This document shows positions 37,101 through 49,000 of a DNA stretch of 64,000 nucleotides, in pieces. The notes below the pieces were generated by a model that made no database searches, had not been told where the DNA came from, and saw only the letters and a list, made by a program, of their open reading frames with translations. The position numbers and the translations under genes are program-made. Origin of the DNA: Antedon mediterranea (taxonomy: Eukaryota; Animalia; Echinodermata). The DNA is taken from NCBI RefSeq assembly GCF_964355755.1, contig NC_092679.1, forward strand, positions 7,532,201-7,596,200, in the 5' to 3' direction. Every line of letters begins with the position of its first letter. The first letter of the stretch is position 1.

Positions 37101-40100
37101 GACAAGTGATCACAGGAGAAATGTTACCAATTACACCAAAGTCAACATTAACATGGCTTGGGTATGTTCATGGAATGTCACGTCTTTCTTCTGCCAGTTT
37201 ATAACAAAGTTCAATATCATTTTAAAAGGAATTAGCATTAAAAAACTGAATGAAAATGTTAACATTAATTGTAAAAACACCAACATGGGTGACAACTTTT
37301 TTATCTTAGCTTTTCAGAAGAGGGCACTCCTGTAACTGGTGACTCTGAGGGCATGGTGAGAATGTTAAGCAGAGAAATGATGTCATGGGTTCCAATTGTA
37401 AACACAAAAACAGTGGTAAAATATTTGATTAGTTTAGCTACATTCATCTATATTGTATGAAGCACTGTCTAAACCAAATCTAGTTTGACAAAAAAAAGTG
37501 TGATGTACCCATATATGGTAGTGATATACCCAAATATGGTAGTGATATTACATCATCATGCCCATATATGGGCATATCACATATTTTTGTCACATATATT
37601 TTGATAGTGTAGACAGAGCTTTAGGTCTATGTTGTAGTCCTCTTTACATTGCTCAGTAGAGGCAAAATTATATTTTCAAATAATATGGAAAGTAAGTCAT
37701 CTAGTTTTCCCTTTGGAAATGTTTTTTTTTTAATGTTTTCTTACAGGCCAAAAGTCGTTCAGATCACTATTGGATTGTGGGAGTGAATGAGGAACAAGGT
37801 CAACTGCGCAGCATTCACTGCAAGGGGTCAACGTTTCCCCCAACGTTACCCCGTCCATCTGCTATAATTCTACCATTTCAAATTTCAGTTTGTGAGATTG
37901 AAACCGAAAAGGGATTACTGGAGGTATGATTGATTGATTGATTTATTTATTTTGTATGTATGTGGGTTCTATCAACTTAAATATTATGATATTAAGTAAA
38001 AAATACTTGGTTGTTACATGATCAATGTAATGTAAGCGAATGATTAGGAGTAAACACTACCATTTTGTATCTATTTTCCATCAGGAAAAACTGTTGAAAA
38101 CAAAACTATTTTCTGAACATCACAAATATATAGAATCGCAAGGTTACGAGACAAATGAAATGAACCAATCAGAAAGCGTCAGAGATAAGCAACAATATCT
38201 TATGAAATTATTTGCAGTAAGTGTTGATTGAAAATGAATGAAATGATTAATATTATACAAATAATTAATGTTTATGAGTGGAATGGATACAATATTTTCA
38301 TGAGTTGAAAGACGGAGTTTAATAGGCCAGTGCAATAAATGAAAATATTCTAACTATTTCATGAATACAAATAAAAATATTTATATATATTTTTTTAAAT
38401 TTATTTATTGAATGTACAATGCATTACCTGAACTTGCAATGTATATTATGTAAGTATATTCAACCTAAAATATTATTTAAAAATGAATATGTAATGTGTA
38501 CCACCAGAGTATGGATCAAAATAATGCATACACATGATATGTAATCAACCAATCATATTGATACATTTAGATGCGTGTTTCAATATTAAACTAAGTCTAA
38601 AATCTATTTTCGGTGTTCCCTTTAACAAGCTTGCCTGTAAATCAGATAGAGAGTATCGTGCTGTTGAAATTTGCGAGCAGATGGAATCGGAACATGAATT
38701 AAGTCTCGCAATCAAGTACGCCTCACGATTGAGAAGGATCACTCTTGCACAGAAGTTGAGTGAGCTAGCAAAAAGGAGAATGGAAGAAAAGATGGAAGAG
38801 GAAGAAGAGGAGGAATGGGGTGACGAAGAAGATGAAACACAATACACAAATTCTTATAGGTAATTTTAAGCTCTGTCTACACTATCAAACTTTATGTGAC
38901 ACGATGATATATCGCTACCATATTAGGACATATCACACATTTTTTGTCAAACTAATTTGATAATGTAGACAGAGCTTTAATACTTTTATTTCTGATATAA
39001 ACATTCCATAGTACAACCAATTAATATATAAGTTTTAACAAATAGAGTGGTAGATATGGCATGGAATTTAGGGATATACACAGTTAAAAATGTACCAAAA
39101 TATCAACAATTTTATCTTATTTCCTGTATAGAATAAAAGAATACATACCAAGTTGTTCATATGGGACTCAAGAATTAATGAATCAAATTAAGTGAATTCA
39201 TATTTAAAATTTAATTTAACATATTTTAATAATAATTGTGCATGTTGTGTTGATAAATACTCCTGCATCAAATTGTATTGTCTGCATGTTTTGATGATAG
39301 GAAACCTGACCGGCTGAAATATGGTAGCCAGACACAAGAAGACCCGTCCATGGACCAAGAAGAAGAGGAATCGGATGGATCACAGCAAAAGATGACGCCA
39401 ACATTGAAACTTAAAACAAAGAAAGGTAAGCCACACTGAACATTTTGAAACACAAACTTAAAATTAAATGTGTAGGTTGAGGCTATAATAGTTTTTGGTA
39501 ATTGTTATTTGTTTTTTCCAGATATTATTCCCAAATCAATGATGGCGTCGAGTCAGGAAAGGCGAAACCCTTTTAAGTCCATATCTAAGAAGACGCCATC
39601 TGGTGTCAGGGGTACAAGTGTCTTTGATGATTTGACAGAAAAACCTACAATAAAGAATGGTAAGTTTATCCTTTTCTTTTAAGTAGTAATAATTGTTCTC
39701 AGTTTTGTTATTTACAACCATCTAAATCGTTTTGTGGCGTGAACACCACTTTTATTCAACATTATTAAACGATATTTCATTTTCCTGTAATTTATTACTA
39801 TTAAATTTTGTATCCATCTAAATCATTTTACCTATTAATACATTAAAATTCATACTTCTGTATTTCTTAAAATCTTACCGTTTAATTTTCAATTATTTTC
39901 TCGGTTTTTAGGCAAAGGAAAGAACACAGAAACAGATTTAATTAGCCCACCAAAATCAGCAAAAAAGAAAAACCAATCAACATTATTATCAATGACAGGA
40001 AAACCGGCAGTGAAGACAACTACATCTGAGAAAAAGTTAGTAAAATTAACTGTTTAATAAAGTACTTTTATCTTCACTGTTTTGTCAATTGACAAGCATG

Positions 40101-40596
40101 GTTAATTTTGTCGGTCTTGTTTACAGACCTACAACAGCATTTGGTATTTGGTTGGAAGAAAACAATGAACAACTAAAAGAAAAGAATCCAGGACTAACAG
40201 ATGGAGACATTACCAAGATCGCCATGACAACATGGAGAGGACTTACCTCTGAAGAGAGAAAGGTACTTTTATTACCAAACCTTTTAATGACATTTGTATA
40301 TTTCATTATTAATGTACTTATATTTTAAGCTGAGCTTGTAATATTTATTTTTTCTGTTTATATATTCTGTTATTTCGAAGGAATGGACAGAAAAACTCAA
40401 GAATTCTAACAGCACTGGTGAAAATGGTAAAACCGCAGAAAAAAGAAAGAGAAAACTAACAGATGCGGTGGAGAATGGAGCTAAACGGTCACATTTTGAG
40501 AAAGATAATAACGACAAGACTGGTTCACAAACTGGTAAACCTTTATCATCAGCCACAAATTCAAAACTTAAGAATTTTATGTTCAGCAAGTCATAA
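28102..40596 (+). CDS. WDHD1: WD repeat and HMG-box DNA-binding protein 1 (AND-1/Ctf4); 23 coding exons
   Basis: Exons 28102-28290, 29856-30007, 30681-30789, 32133-32183, 32574-32620, 33003-33051, 33712-33911, 34257-34392, 34723-34912, 35166-35320, 35463-35650, 36127-36208, 36547-36712, 37044-37161, 37310-37415, 37747-37923, 38085-38216, 38630-38859, 39301-39425, 39522-39659, 39912-40035, 40127-40262 and 40381-40596 join in frame. RYGHSEGHT..TCGSDGDVRIW (WD40); QKPFISGATP..RFMKWNNVG..VEFHD (SepB); AIKYASR..LAQKLSELA; PTTAFGIWLEEN..W (HMG box); C-terminal KLKNFMF. Confidence 0.95.
28301..28327. mobile_element. 27-bp P-element-like remnant or excision footprint
   Basis: catggaggtaa-atttg-ttacctccatg (11-bp inverted repeat) flanked by 7-bp GGCTAAC at 28294-28300 and 28328-28334. 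Confidence 0.65.
28834..29791 (-). mobile_element. Truncated, frameshifted non-LTR retrotransposon RT fragment (CR1-group) in a WDHD1 intron
   Basis: PVPK..DLRPISLT..QFG..STTHYL, frameshift near 29590, then DFAKAFD.VDH, GVPQGTKLGP, KYVDD, LGV and IRPILEYACPVW. Confidence 0.9.
30911..31280. repeat. 16-bp tandem repeat (aatgtccatataataa)n
   Basis: ~14 regular copies at 30911-31140, decaying thereafter. Confidence 0.9.
32769..32994. repeat. ~115-bp tandem duplication in a WDHD1 intron
   Basis: aaattagtttgtgggt...taattacattcat occurs twice (32769-32868, 32885-32994). Confidence 0.7.
35797..36100. repeat. 39-bp minisatellite, ~7 copies
   Basis: aactgtacagttaataactagagttRatagctgtagagt repeated. 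Confidence 0.9.
36306..36437 (+). ncRNA. Candidate intronic box H/ACA sno/scaRNA
   Basis: Hairpin 1 (tacc/ggta, tggatta/tgatcca, cagctgc/gtggttg), H box AGAGGA at 36375-36380, hairpin 2 (gctctc/gagagc), ACA at 36432-36434. About 132 nt, a GC-richer island, sense to the host gene. Confidence 0.55.
37461..37620. mobile_element. Harbinger-like MITE family A
   Basis: agcactgtctaaac...gtgtagacagagct followed by TTA. Confidence 0.7.
38869..38976. mobile_element. Harbinger-like MITE family A
   Basis: TIRs agctctgtctacactatcaaa / tttgataatgtagacagagct; TTA TSD. Confidence 0.8.
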
Positions 40597-40826
40597 AAAA
40601 AGTATAAAGTGTATTTATTTCATTAGACCTAAAACTATCATTCTTTAAGTTTTTCATTTGTATTAATGACTTGGTTCATTATACACTAGATTTAAAGATC
40701 ATCATTCTGATTTAGGACTAATACTGTCATGCAGCATTCTAAAGATCTCTCCAAGATGTGCCAATGTTTCTATTAACCTTTATAATACAGGCCCTGCACA
40801 TTAGTAATGTCATTACTGTATGTGAC

Positions 40827-41662
40827 CAAAGAATATATATCACAAGAAAGAGTAATCCGCGATTTTCCCTGTAACAGTAATATTGTCCATGTGGTAGGGC
40901 GCCGCCATAAGTGTGGATGTATCTGGGATGTATACAACTTTTTGTGACGGTTTCAATAATCAAAGGCTGGACCACCGGTAGTATTTTCATGATAAAAAAT
41001 GTTATCAACTACATGCCAACATCATGTTAAATACTTTTTGGATATTTAATTGTTTGTTTTATGCAATTTATTTAGTAAAAACTGCCGTATAAACAGATTG
41101 CTTTATCAACCGGGCGCTACGATAGCGTGACCGGGGGTGTTGGTGTTTACGCGTTTTCACGTAGGATAGTTTAATAATATTCCTATATTTAACCTGTTTC
41201 TGGTAAAACAAATAAATGTTAATGACATTTAACATTTTGTCCTATTAATAACATGTATTTTATACTAATTTATATCATAAAAACAATACTTAATTTACCG
41301 GGCGTAGAGTAGTACACGGCAATGGTAAAGAATAGGCCGTGCTGAGTAACGATTTGTTGATTTTTGGTGTTGCTGTGTTAGGCCTTTTTTGTGAACTAAC
41401 TTAGCATGTTAGTAAATAATTGTCTGTAAAAGTGAATGTACACTAGTTTGTTAATAAATATGTATTATAAAATAGTTTACAATTGCAAAACTATTATCAT
41501 AATTCTATTTAATGTGACATGTATAATATCTATTAAATCAAGTCTTATTTAGTATGTATACATCTGCCCTTATGAGGGCTGGCATCACTCTCTGGAGCTC
41601 TCTGTTACAAATTTCTCATGCAAAAATTGCGGAATACTCATTCTTGTGATATATATTCTTTG
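40827..41662. mobile_element. Non-autonomous P-superfamily-like element, copy 2
   Basis: Same TIRs as 4198-5021; 7-bp TSD ATGTGAC (40820-40826, 41663-41669); has ~200 bp (41012-41210) missing from copy 1. Confidence 0.85.
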
Positions 41663-41853
41663 ATGTGACTTAATGAGTTTGTGAATGTTCAGTGTAATGT
41701 GATTGGGCAGGATTTTATGTTATTTATCATGTTCTAATTGTTAAGAATATATGATAAGACATTCAATGTTATGTTGTAGTACATTTTCATACATGCGTTC
41801 ATTTAATGTGATGTTGACGAAAAAAAACATCTCGCCAAACTGTCATACATATA

Positions 41854-44800
41854 TTGAAGAGGAGTGTTGCAGCGCCCATGTGGCGGCTCTATATTGCTCT
41901 GTGCATAACAACTTCGTATCTGTTTGCAGATGGTTTTTTTCATCAAATAAGTTTTACTGGATGCTGGAATAGCAAATTGAGCACCATATATTCGCAAATT
42001 TCTTATGTGGAAATAATCGTATCTTGGAGTAAATCGCAGTTGTTTTTCTTGTTGTTTCCTGAAGTTAGCTAGGCCCTGCTTGTGCCTTTATTGTTTTAAT
42101 TCAAACTCATCACTGCCCAAGAACAATGGTCTACTAGCATCAGTGGGAAGCTAGCCCTGTACTTTCAATCTGACTGTGCATATTGTTATGTAAATGACCT
42201 TGTACACCTCATGCTTGAAGATCTGCTGTTGTCATGCTAATTAGCTATAGCTCTGAGTTTCTTCATGGTTTACAGGGCTGTGTAACCAACAACAATAACA
42301 GTTGTGAACTTCCTGAAGAATCTTGCTTAATTATACAATCTTTTAAGTTGAACTCCAGTAGCTGTAGTATCCACCTATTACCAAGGAGGCCAAAAAGAAA
42401 AACCAGGCGTGGTACAAGAGCTGGGCGTGACAAACACACTAAAAACAATCTATCATTTCCGGACTTATCATCAAACTCTCTCTTATCTAAAAACAATATT
42501 AAATTTTGCAGTATTAATACAAGATCCGTTCGGAACAAAACAACAGAATTTGTGGATTTCGTTATCGAACATAATCTGGATGTTGTTGCCCTTTCGGAAA
42601 CGTGGCTTAAACCAGAAGACACATCAGTTATAGGAAATATTACACCCAACGGATACTCTCTCAAACATGCTCCCCGTGCTGGTACTAAAAGAGGTGGTGG
42701 AGTTGCACTTCTTTACAAGGAAAGCATAGCGGTTAAATGTTATGACACGGGATTATTACCAAAATCATTTGAACTGCTAAATGTGGAAATAGTCAGCAAT
42801 GCATCCTCAGTTTTCCTCGTAGCAGTATATCGTCCTCAAAGCAAATCAACGGGTTGCAGTCTAAATGTTTTCACTGAAGAATTCTCAACTTTGGTTGATC
42901 ACTATGTATTGAAGCCGGCTCCCATACTATTCGTTGGAGACTTTAACATCCATGTGGATATGCCAAATGATGCAGATGCAATTCATTTTCGGAATCTACT
43001 TGTAGCAAGCAGTCTTCAACAGCATGTGTCTACACCTACACACCAACATGGTCATACATTAGACTTGCTGATCACTCGTTCATCTGATCCTCCTGTTTTC
43101 TCAAACCTTAATGTCATTGATGGTATATCAGATCACTATGCAATCACATGTAATCTCCTTATCAAGAAGCCACCCGTAATCACTAAATCCATCGAAACTC
43201 GTCATTGGAATGCTATAAATTTTGAGACATTATGTAAAGATATCACAGAGTCTGATCTCGGAACTTCGCTCTCAAATCTTGATTTATCAAGTAAAGTACG
43301 ACTATATGTCACCACTTTGAGTGAACTTCTTGACAAACACGCACCACCGAAAAAGAGAACAGTTAAGGTCCGACCAAACACTAGTTGGTATAACAGTGAC
43401 ATCTATGCTGAGAAAAGAACAAAGCGTAAGCTTGAAAAGAAATGGAGAATCTCTCATCTGGAAATAGATCGTCAAGCTTACATTGCACAGAAGAGGAATG
43501 TAAATTCCATGGTAAGAAAGGCAAAGGCCAACTACTACATTGGCTTGTGTGAAGAACATGCAGCAGATCAGAAAGGACTTTTTAAAATTGTTAACCAACT
43601 CCTTCATCATCGCCAGGTATCACCTCTCCCAGATAGTCTTTCTGACTTAGATCTTGCGAACAGGTTCTGTCAGTTTTTCACAGACAAGATCAAGATCATC
43701 AGAGACGACTTCAAGATTGATGACATGTCATTTAATGAGCCTGTGACAGCAGTTCATCAGCATCTCACAACATTTACACCAGCATCTCAAGATGAGATCC
43801 GCAACATTCTGATGAAATCACCAACAAAATCATGCAGGTTAGATCCAGTTCCTACTTCTATACTGAAGAAGTGTATAGACGCAGTTGTTCCAATAATAAC
43901 GGAAATCATTAACCATTCTCTTAATACCGGCATAGTGCCAGATGAACTGAAAATTGCTCACGTTCGTCCTTTAATAAAAAAGCAAAACTTGGATCATAAC
44001 ACGCTGAAAAATTACCGCCCGGTGTCGAATCTTTCTTTTCTTGGAAAGACTCTGGAGCGTGTAGTGACATCACGCATTACTCCATATCTTCAAAAGCATA
44101 ATTTAAATGAGAATTACCAGTCGGCATATCGTGCATGTCATAGCACGGAGAGTTCCCTTTTAAAGGTACAGAATGATTTGTTACAAGGAATGAATGATGG
44201 GAAAATAACGCTATTGGTGTTGTTGGATTTGTCAGCAGCGTTTGATACAGTTGATCACCAAAGACTGATAACCCGTCTGAGAAATCGCATTGGCATAAAT
44301 GGTGTTGCTCTTAACTGGTTCCAGTCATATCTTACAGGAAGACGTCAGCTAGTCTGTATCAATGATGCATTCTCAGATGAAGCTTGCCTGGAATATGGTG
44401 TACCACAGGGGTCAGTAATTGGGCCTGGCCAGTTTTCCATTTATACGCTTCCCCTTGGTGACATTATTCGCAAACACAGTCTACATTTCCATTTCTATGC
44501 AGATGATACACAGATTTATGTGTCAGTAAATCCAGTGCAAAGGGATGTTGCTGCAGCAATCAGTAAGATGGAAGCCTGTATAGAAGATGTTCGCAATTGG
44601 ATGACAACAAATTACCTAAAGTTGAATGATGGAAAGACAGAGTTTATTATCGTCGGGTCTAAATGTAACATCTCCAAAATCAACATCACACATATCAGAA
44701 TCGGAAACTCTAACATCGCTCCCTCATCGGTGGTCCGGAATCTGGGAATCATGCTGGATAGTAATCTCACTATGGAAGCACAAATAACAACTGTATCCAA

Positions 44801-45430
44801 AGCAGCATGCATATCGATTAGGAACCTTGGTCGTATTCGCAGTAATCTTAACAAGAAAACAGCTGAATTGATTGTACACTCATTTGTCACTTCTAAAATT
44901 GACATTGGTAATGCCTTGTTGTTTGGCATACCAAAATCTCAAATACAACGTTTGCAGCGCTTGCAAAATATGGCAGCTAGAATTGTAACTTATACAAAAT
45001 CAAACGCTCACATAACTCCTGTCCTGATGGATTTGCATTGGTTGCCTGTTCAACAACGTATTAAGTACAAACTTGCGTTGTTTGTATTCAAGATCCTAAA
45101 TGACAGTGCTCCTGCTTATTTATCTGACCTTGTGGATCGTTACGAATCATCCCGCAGAGGCCTACGATCATTGTCACAAAACCTTCTTCAAGAGCGTAGA
45201 GCGAAAAATCAGTGGGGTCAGAGATCTTTTTACGTTGCGGCCGCAAGTGTATGGAACAGCTTACCAGCAACAGTTAAATGCTCAACTAGTCTAAACAGTT
45301 TCAAGACCAACCTAAAGACGTCGCTATTCGCTGATGTTCTCGCACGTTGTTAATGCACAAAGCGCCATGAGCGCCACATGGGTGGAGGATACCGGCGCTA
45401 TATAAGTTTTCATTTATTATTATTATTATT
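41854..45430 (+). mobile_element. Apparently full-length single-ORF L2-type LINE
   Basis: ~380-bp leader, one ORF, 3' stem agcgcc...ggcgct followed by atataag and an (ATT)n tail. Candidate imperfect TSD atacatata (41845-41853) / atacacata (45431-45439). The 5' boundary is uncertain. Confidence 0.85.
42234..45353 (+). CDS. LINE endonuclease-reverse transcriptase (APE + RT), 1039 aa, uninterrupted
   Basis: APE: NTRSVRNK, SETWL, GGGVA, VYRP, GDFN, LDL, SDH. RT: YRPVSNL, QSAYR, LDLSAAFDTVDH, GVPQGS, YADD. L2-type C-terminal HITPVLMDLHWLPV. Confidence 0.95.
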   Translation: MLISYSSEFLHGLQGCVTNNNNSCELPEESCLIIQSFKLNSSSCSIHLLPRRPKRKTRRGTRAGRDKHTKNNLSFPDLSSNSLLSKNNIKFCSINTRSVRNKTTEFVDFVIEHNLDVVALSETWLKPEDTSVIGNITPNGYSLKHAPRAGTKRGGGVALLYKESIAVKCYDTGLLPKSFELLNVEIVSNASSVFLVAVYRPQSKSTGCSLNVFTEEFSTLVDHYVLKPAPILFVGDFNIHVDMPNDADAIHFRNLLVASSLQQHVSTPTHQHGHTLDLLITRSSDPPVFSNLNVIDGISDHYAITCNLLIKKPPVITKSIETRHWNAINFETLCKDITESDLGTSLSNLDLSSKVRLYVTTLSELLDKHAPPKKRTVKVRPNTSWYNSDIYAEKRTKRKLEKKWRISHLEIDRQAYIAQKRNVNSMVRKAKANYYIGLCEEHAADQKGLFKIVNQLLHHRQVSPLPDSLSDLDLANRFCQFFTDKIKIIRDDFKIDDMSFNEPVTAVHQHLTTFTPASQDEIRNILMKSPTKSCRLDPVPTSILKKCIDAVVPIITEIINHSLNTGIVPDELKIAHVRPLIKKQNLDHNTLKNYRPVSNLSFLGKTLERVVTSRITPYLQKHNLNENYQSAYRACHSTESSLLKVQNDLLQGMNDGKITLLVLLDLSAAFDTVDHQRLITRLRNRIGINGVALNWFQSYLTGRRQLVCINDAFSDEACLEYGVPQGSVIGPGQFSIYTLPLGDIIRKHSLHFHFYADDTQIYVSVNPVQRDVAAAISKMEACIEDVRNWMTTNYLKLNDGKTEFIIVGSKCNISKINITHIRIGNSNIAPSSVVRNLGIMLDSNLTMEAQITTVSKAACISIRNLGRIRSNLNKKTAELIVHSFVTSKIDIGNALLFGIPKSQIQRLQRLQNMAARIVTYTKSNAHITPVLMDLHWLPVQQRIKYKLALFVFKILNDSAPAYLSDLVDRYESSRRGLRSLSQNLLQERRAKNQWGQRSFYVAAASVWNSLPATVKCSTSLNSFKTNLKTSLFADVLARC

Positions 45431-45559
45431 ATACACATAAACTAGAGAATTGTTGCATATTGTGTAATAAATAAAGAAAATTAAACTAAATTCTATTGTC
45501 AACATTTTATTGAGAAAATATATTATTTTTAAGTAAAAGTATTAACATTACATTATTTA

Positions 45560-45700
45560 TAGACTTGCCCCAAGTCTGTATTTAATTTGTCTTTTTCATG
45601 CCAGTCCACTAGTCGTCATTTCAATTTTTGTCTGATTCGAGATCAAGTATTTACAAATGTACCAAAATATTTATCGAAACACAGTCTAGAGCCTAGACTA
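45560..45700 (-). mobile_element. Second copy of the TAG...CTA, 9-bp-TSD element
   Basis: tagacttgccccaagtctgtatt is the inverse of 4651-4673; flanks cattattta / aattattta. Confidence 0.7.
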
Positions 45701-46003
45701 AATTATTTAATGTGTTTTATCTAAATGTATCGTTTTGCACTCAATGTTTTACATCCAATTATGGATACAGAATCAAAATCACAGATTACACTTAAAATTA
45801 AGAAAAAATTTAAACCTGATATTTACGTCACAATAAATAGTGAGTGTTACATTAGTAGCATCAGCAACACATGTGCAATAGTATTAATAATGGGTTAATC
45901 AAATTTGAACTATTGAACAATCACAAAGACGCCTGGCCCAACAGTATGGCGCCCTCTGTTGGTTTTGCAAGTTGTGGGTGATTAACCAGCTTTATTGAAT
46001 CCA

Positions 46004-49000
46004 CTACAGTAAAAGAATGTCATCTTCCTATAGTAAAAAAAAACAGAACAATGTTAATTTTAATTTAGATCTAGTTAATATTAAGAATTCTTTGCCTTGC
46101 TTTTATGAAGTACATCCATGCTTTTATTTGGCTGACAATTCCAATATGGGAAAGGCAAGTACAACCAAAATGGGTCAAGATGTGTTCTGTACAAGTATGT
46201 ACTGAAATAAAACACACAAATATATAGATGTATACTCACCACTTGTGAATTAAAGTACTGTTCTTTTCGCCTCCTTTTCTTCACAGAGTCCACATGAAAC
46301 CAATCTCTTTCAGAATCTTTACATTGTAAGAAATGTTCCACTGAATCTTGCTTTACATTGGAATTAACTGTCGATACATTTGAAATCTTAACTTTGAGTG
46401 TTTTACTTGTACTGCTGTCCTTATCAATGCAATTATCTGTGTTCAAAGTTGGATGGTTTTTATTCTTAATTTCTTTTTTATGTTTATCATGTTTGTTAAC
46501 AGTTTTACTTTGCTTTTTTGTTGAATGTTTTTCAAGTTCTTGATGAGATTTTTTAGAACCATCCATATCATTTCTATGTTTTAGTTTACTGTTCAAGATC
46601 CTTTCACCTTTATTTTTTCTAGGGCTGTTTCTTTGTACTTCAGGTGAGCGTATAGCTTGTTCCTCATCATTCAGTTTTGGTCGTTTTTTAATTTTCAAAG
46701 TGTTTTCAGTTGTAAATGTTGTCAATTTATCAGAAAATTGTATTTCGCTATTAAGTGTTTTTCGCTTTCTATTCACAGTTGTTAAAGAACTTTTTGCAAT
46801 TTTTGTTCTATTTCCGATGTTCTTTAAATCGAGTTCTGGTTCAATTCTCTTTTTTTCAGAATAGGGTGATTTTCTTGGAATTGCAACTTCCTTATTGTCA
46901 TCATGTATCTTTAAAGATTTTCTACATTGCTTGGTTTTTAACTTTATGTTTTGTTTTTGTTGGCTATGCTTTTCACTGTGTAATTTAACAGGAGTTATAA
47001 CATCATTGAAAATGTTGTCTATATCATATGGGTCATTTACATTGCCATAAATGCTGTTGAGATCGTCACAATTTTCCAATTCTTTAAATCCATCCAAGCA
47101 GTTTTTTAACCCATTTTTTCTTGATTTGTCAAAATATTCAAATGGCTTTCTTGTTCTTCCTTTTTTATTTAAACTGGGCAATGACCGAGAATGTTTAGCA
47201 CAACTAGCTTGTGGAGCTGTTTGGGGTTTCTGGGGGCACGCATTAACTCTCCTTCCTGGAACAACACATGTGTCCATTGCCCTCTCTTTTTGGGCAGTGT
47301 CAAGTGGTGTATCTACTCTCCTTCCACCGACATCATTCCGGTTTACTGTCCTCTCTTGTTCGGTAGTATCATGCTGTGTATCTACTCTCCTTCCAGCGAC
47401 ATCATTCCTGTTCGCTGCCCTCTCTTGTTGGGTAGTGGCATTCTGTGCATCTACTTTCCTTCCAGCGCCATCATTCCTGTTTACTGTCCTCTCTTGTTCG
47501 GTAGTATCATGCTGTGTATCTACTCTCCTTCCAGCTACATCATTCCTGTTTACTGTCCTCTCTTGTTGGGTAGTATCATGCTGTGTATCTACTCTCCTTC
47601 CAGCTACATCATTCCTGTTCGCTGCCTTCTCTTGTTGGGTAGTAGCATTTTGTGCATCTACTCTCCTTCCAGCGACATCATTTCTGTTTACTGTCCTCTC
47701 TTGTTCGGTAGTATCATGCTGTGTATCTACTCTCCTTCCAGCGACATCATTCCTGTTTACTGTCCTCTCTTGTTCGGTAGTATCATGCTGTGTATCTACT
47801 CTCCTTCCAGCGACATCATTCCTGTTCGCTGCCCTCTCTTGTTGGGTAGTAGCATTCTGTGCATCTACTTTCCTTCCAGCGCCATCATTCCTGTTTATTG
47901 TCCTCTCTTGTTCGGTAGTATCATGCTGTGAATGTACTGTCCTTCCAGCGACATCATTCCTGTTTACTGTCTCTTGTTCGGTAGTATCATGCTGTGCATC
48001 TACTTTCCTTCCAGCGACATCATTCCTGTTCGCTGCCCTCTCTTGTTGGGTAGTAGCATTCTGTGTATCTACTCTCCTTCCAGCAACATCATTCCTGTTT
48101 ACTGTCCTCTCTTGTTCGGTAGTATCATGCTGTGTATCTACTCTCCTTCCAGCGACATCATTCCTGTTCGCTGCCCTCTCTTGTTGGGTAGTAGCATTCT
48201 GTGCATCTACTTTCCTTCCAGCGACATCATTCCTGTTTACTGCCCTCTTTTGATGGGTTGTGACCTGACCTATATTAATTCTATTACTTGTAACAACACC
48301 TCTGTCCATTTCTCTCTCTTGTTGGGTAGTGTCACAGTCCATGTCTCTGCTTCCAGCGACATCATTTCTGTTTACTGCCCTCTCTCGTTGGGTAGTGTGG
48401 ACTGTTTGAGGGTGTACATTTACTCTAGGTGATTTCTTTTTGGATATGAAGGGAGAAACCTCGGCTACAGCTCTTCTAAAAGTCCCCCTTCTAAGCAGTT
48501 CTACTTTTGTTAAACACTCCTTAGCAATATCAGCTGAAACATCAGGAGATTTTGTGTATAAACTAGCATCTATATCCAGCGTGGAATATGGATTTTCTAA
48601 ATTAAGAAAGATACAAATTAATGATAATATTAATCGTGATTTAACAAACTTTAATTGATTATACTATAATTTTATCTTTTATGTCAGTATTTTTTTAGAA
48701 TTTTTGTTTTCTGTCACGATGTCATATTTTGGTGTGATGAATCATTTTCAGGTATTTTTGCTGGAATACTAATTTGTAATTCATTAAAAATATTAATCAA
48801 GCCGTCAATAATTTGCTTTCCTCCCCACCTTTTTTTTTTCACTAAATGGAGTTTAGCCGTAACAAGCTGGACCCTAGGAATTTTAGTATCTTAACCTGTC
48901 ATGACAAATCTTTCACTCACTAAGCCACAAAATGTTGCTTTATTGTATTGCCCACTAGCATGTATTTACTAAAACATTACATTCAATTTGATAGGTTATT

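Noticed and set aside
46081-46239. Unspliced C-terminus of the 753-aa ORF, or a 38-nt intron ending at 46202
   Set aside because: Composition turns intron-like after a strong GTGAGT donor; 38 nt is implausibly short; a better acceptor lies at 46028.
47051-48432. Plus-strand Cys/hydrophobic ORFs of 400, 246 and 166 aa
   Set aside because: Antisense shadows of the 69-bp repeat; the minus frame splices in phase to the kinase domain.
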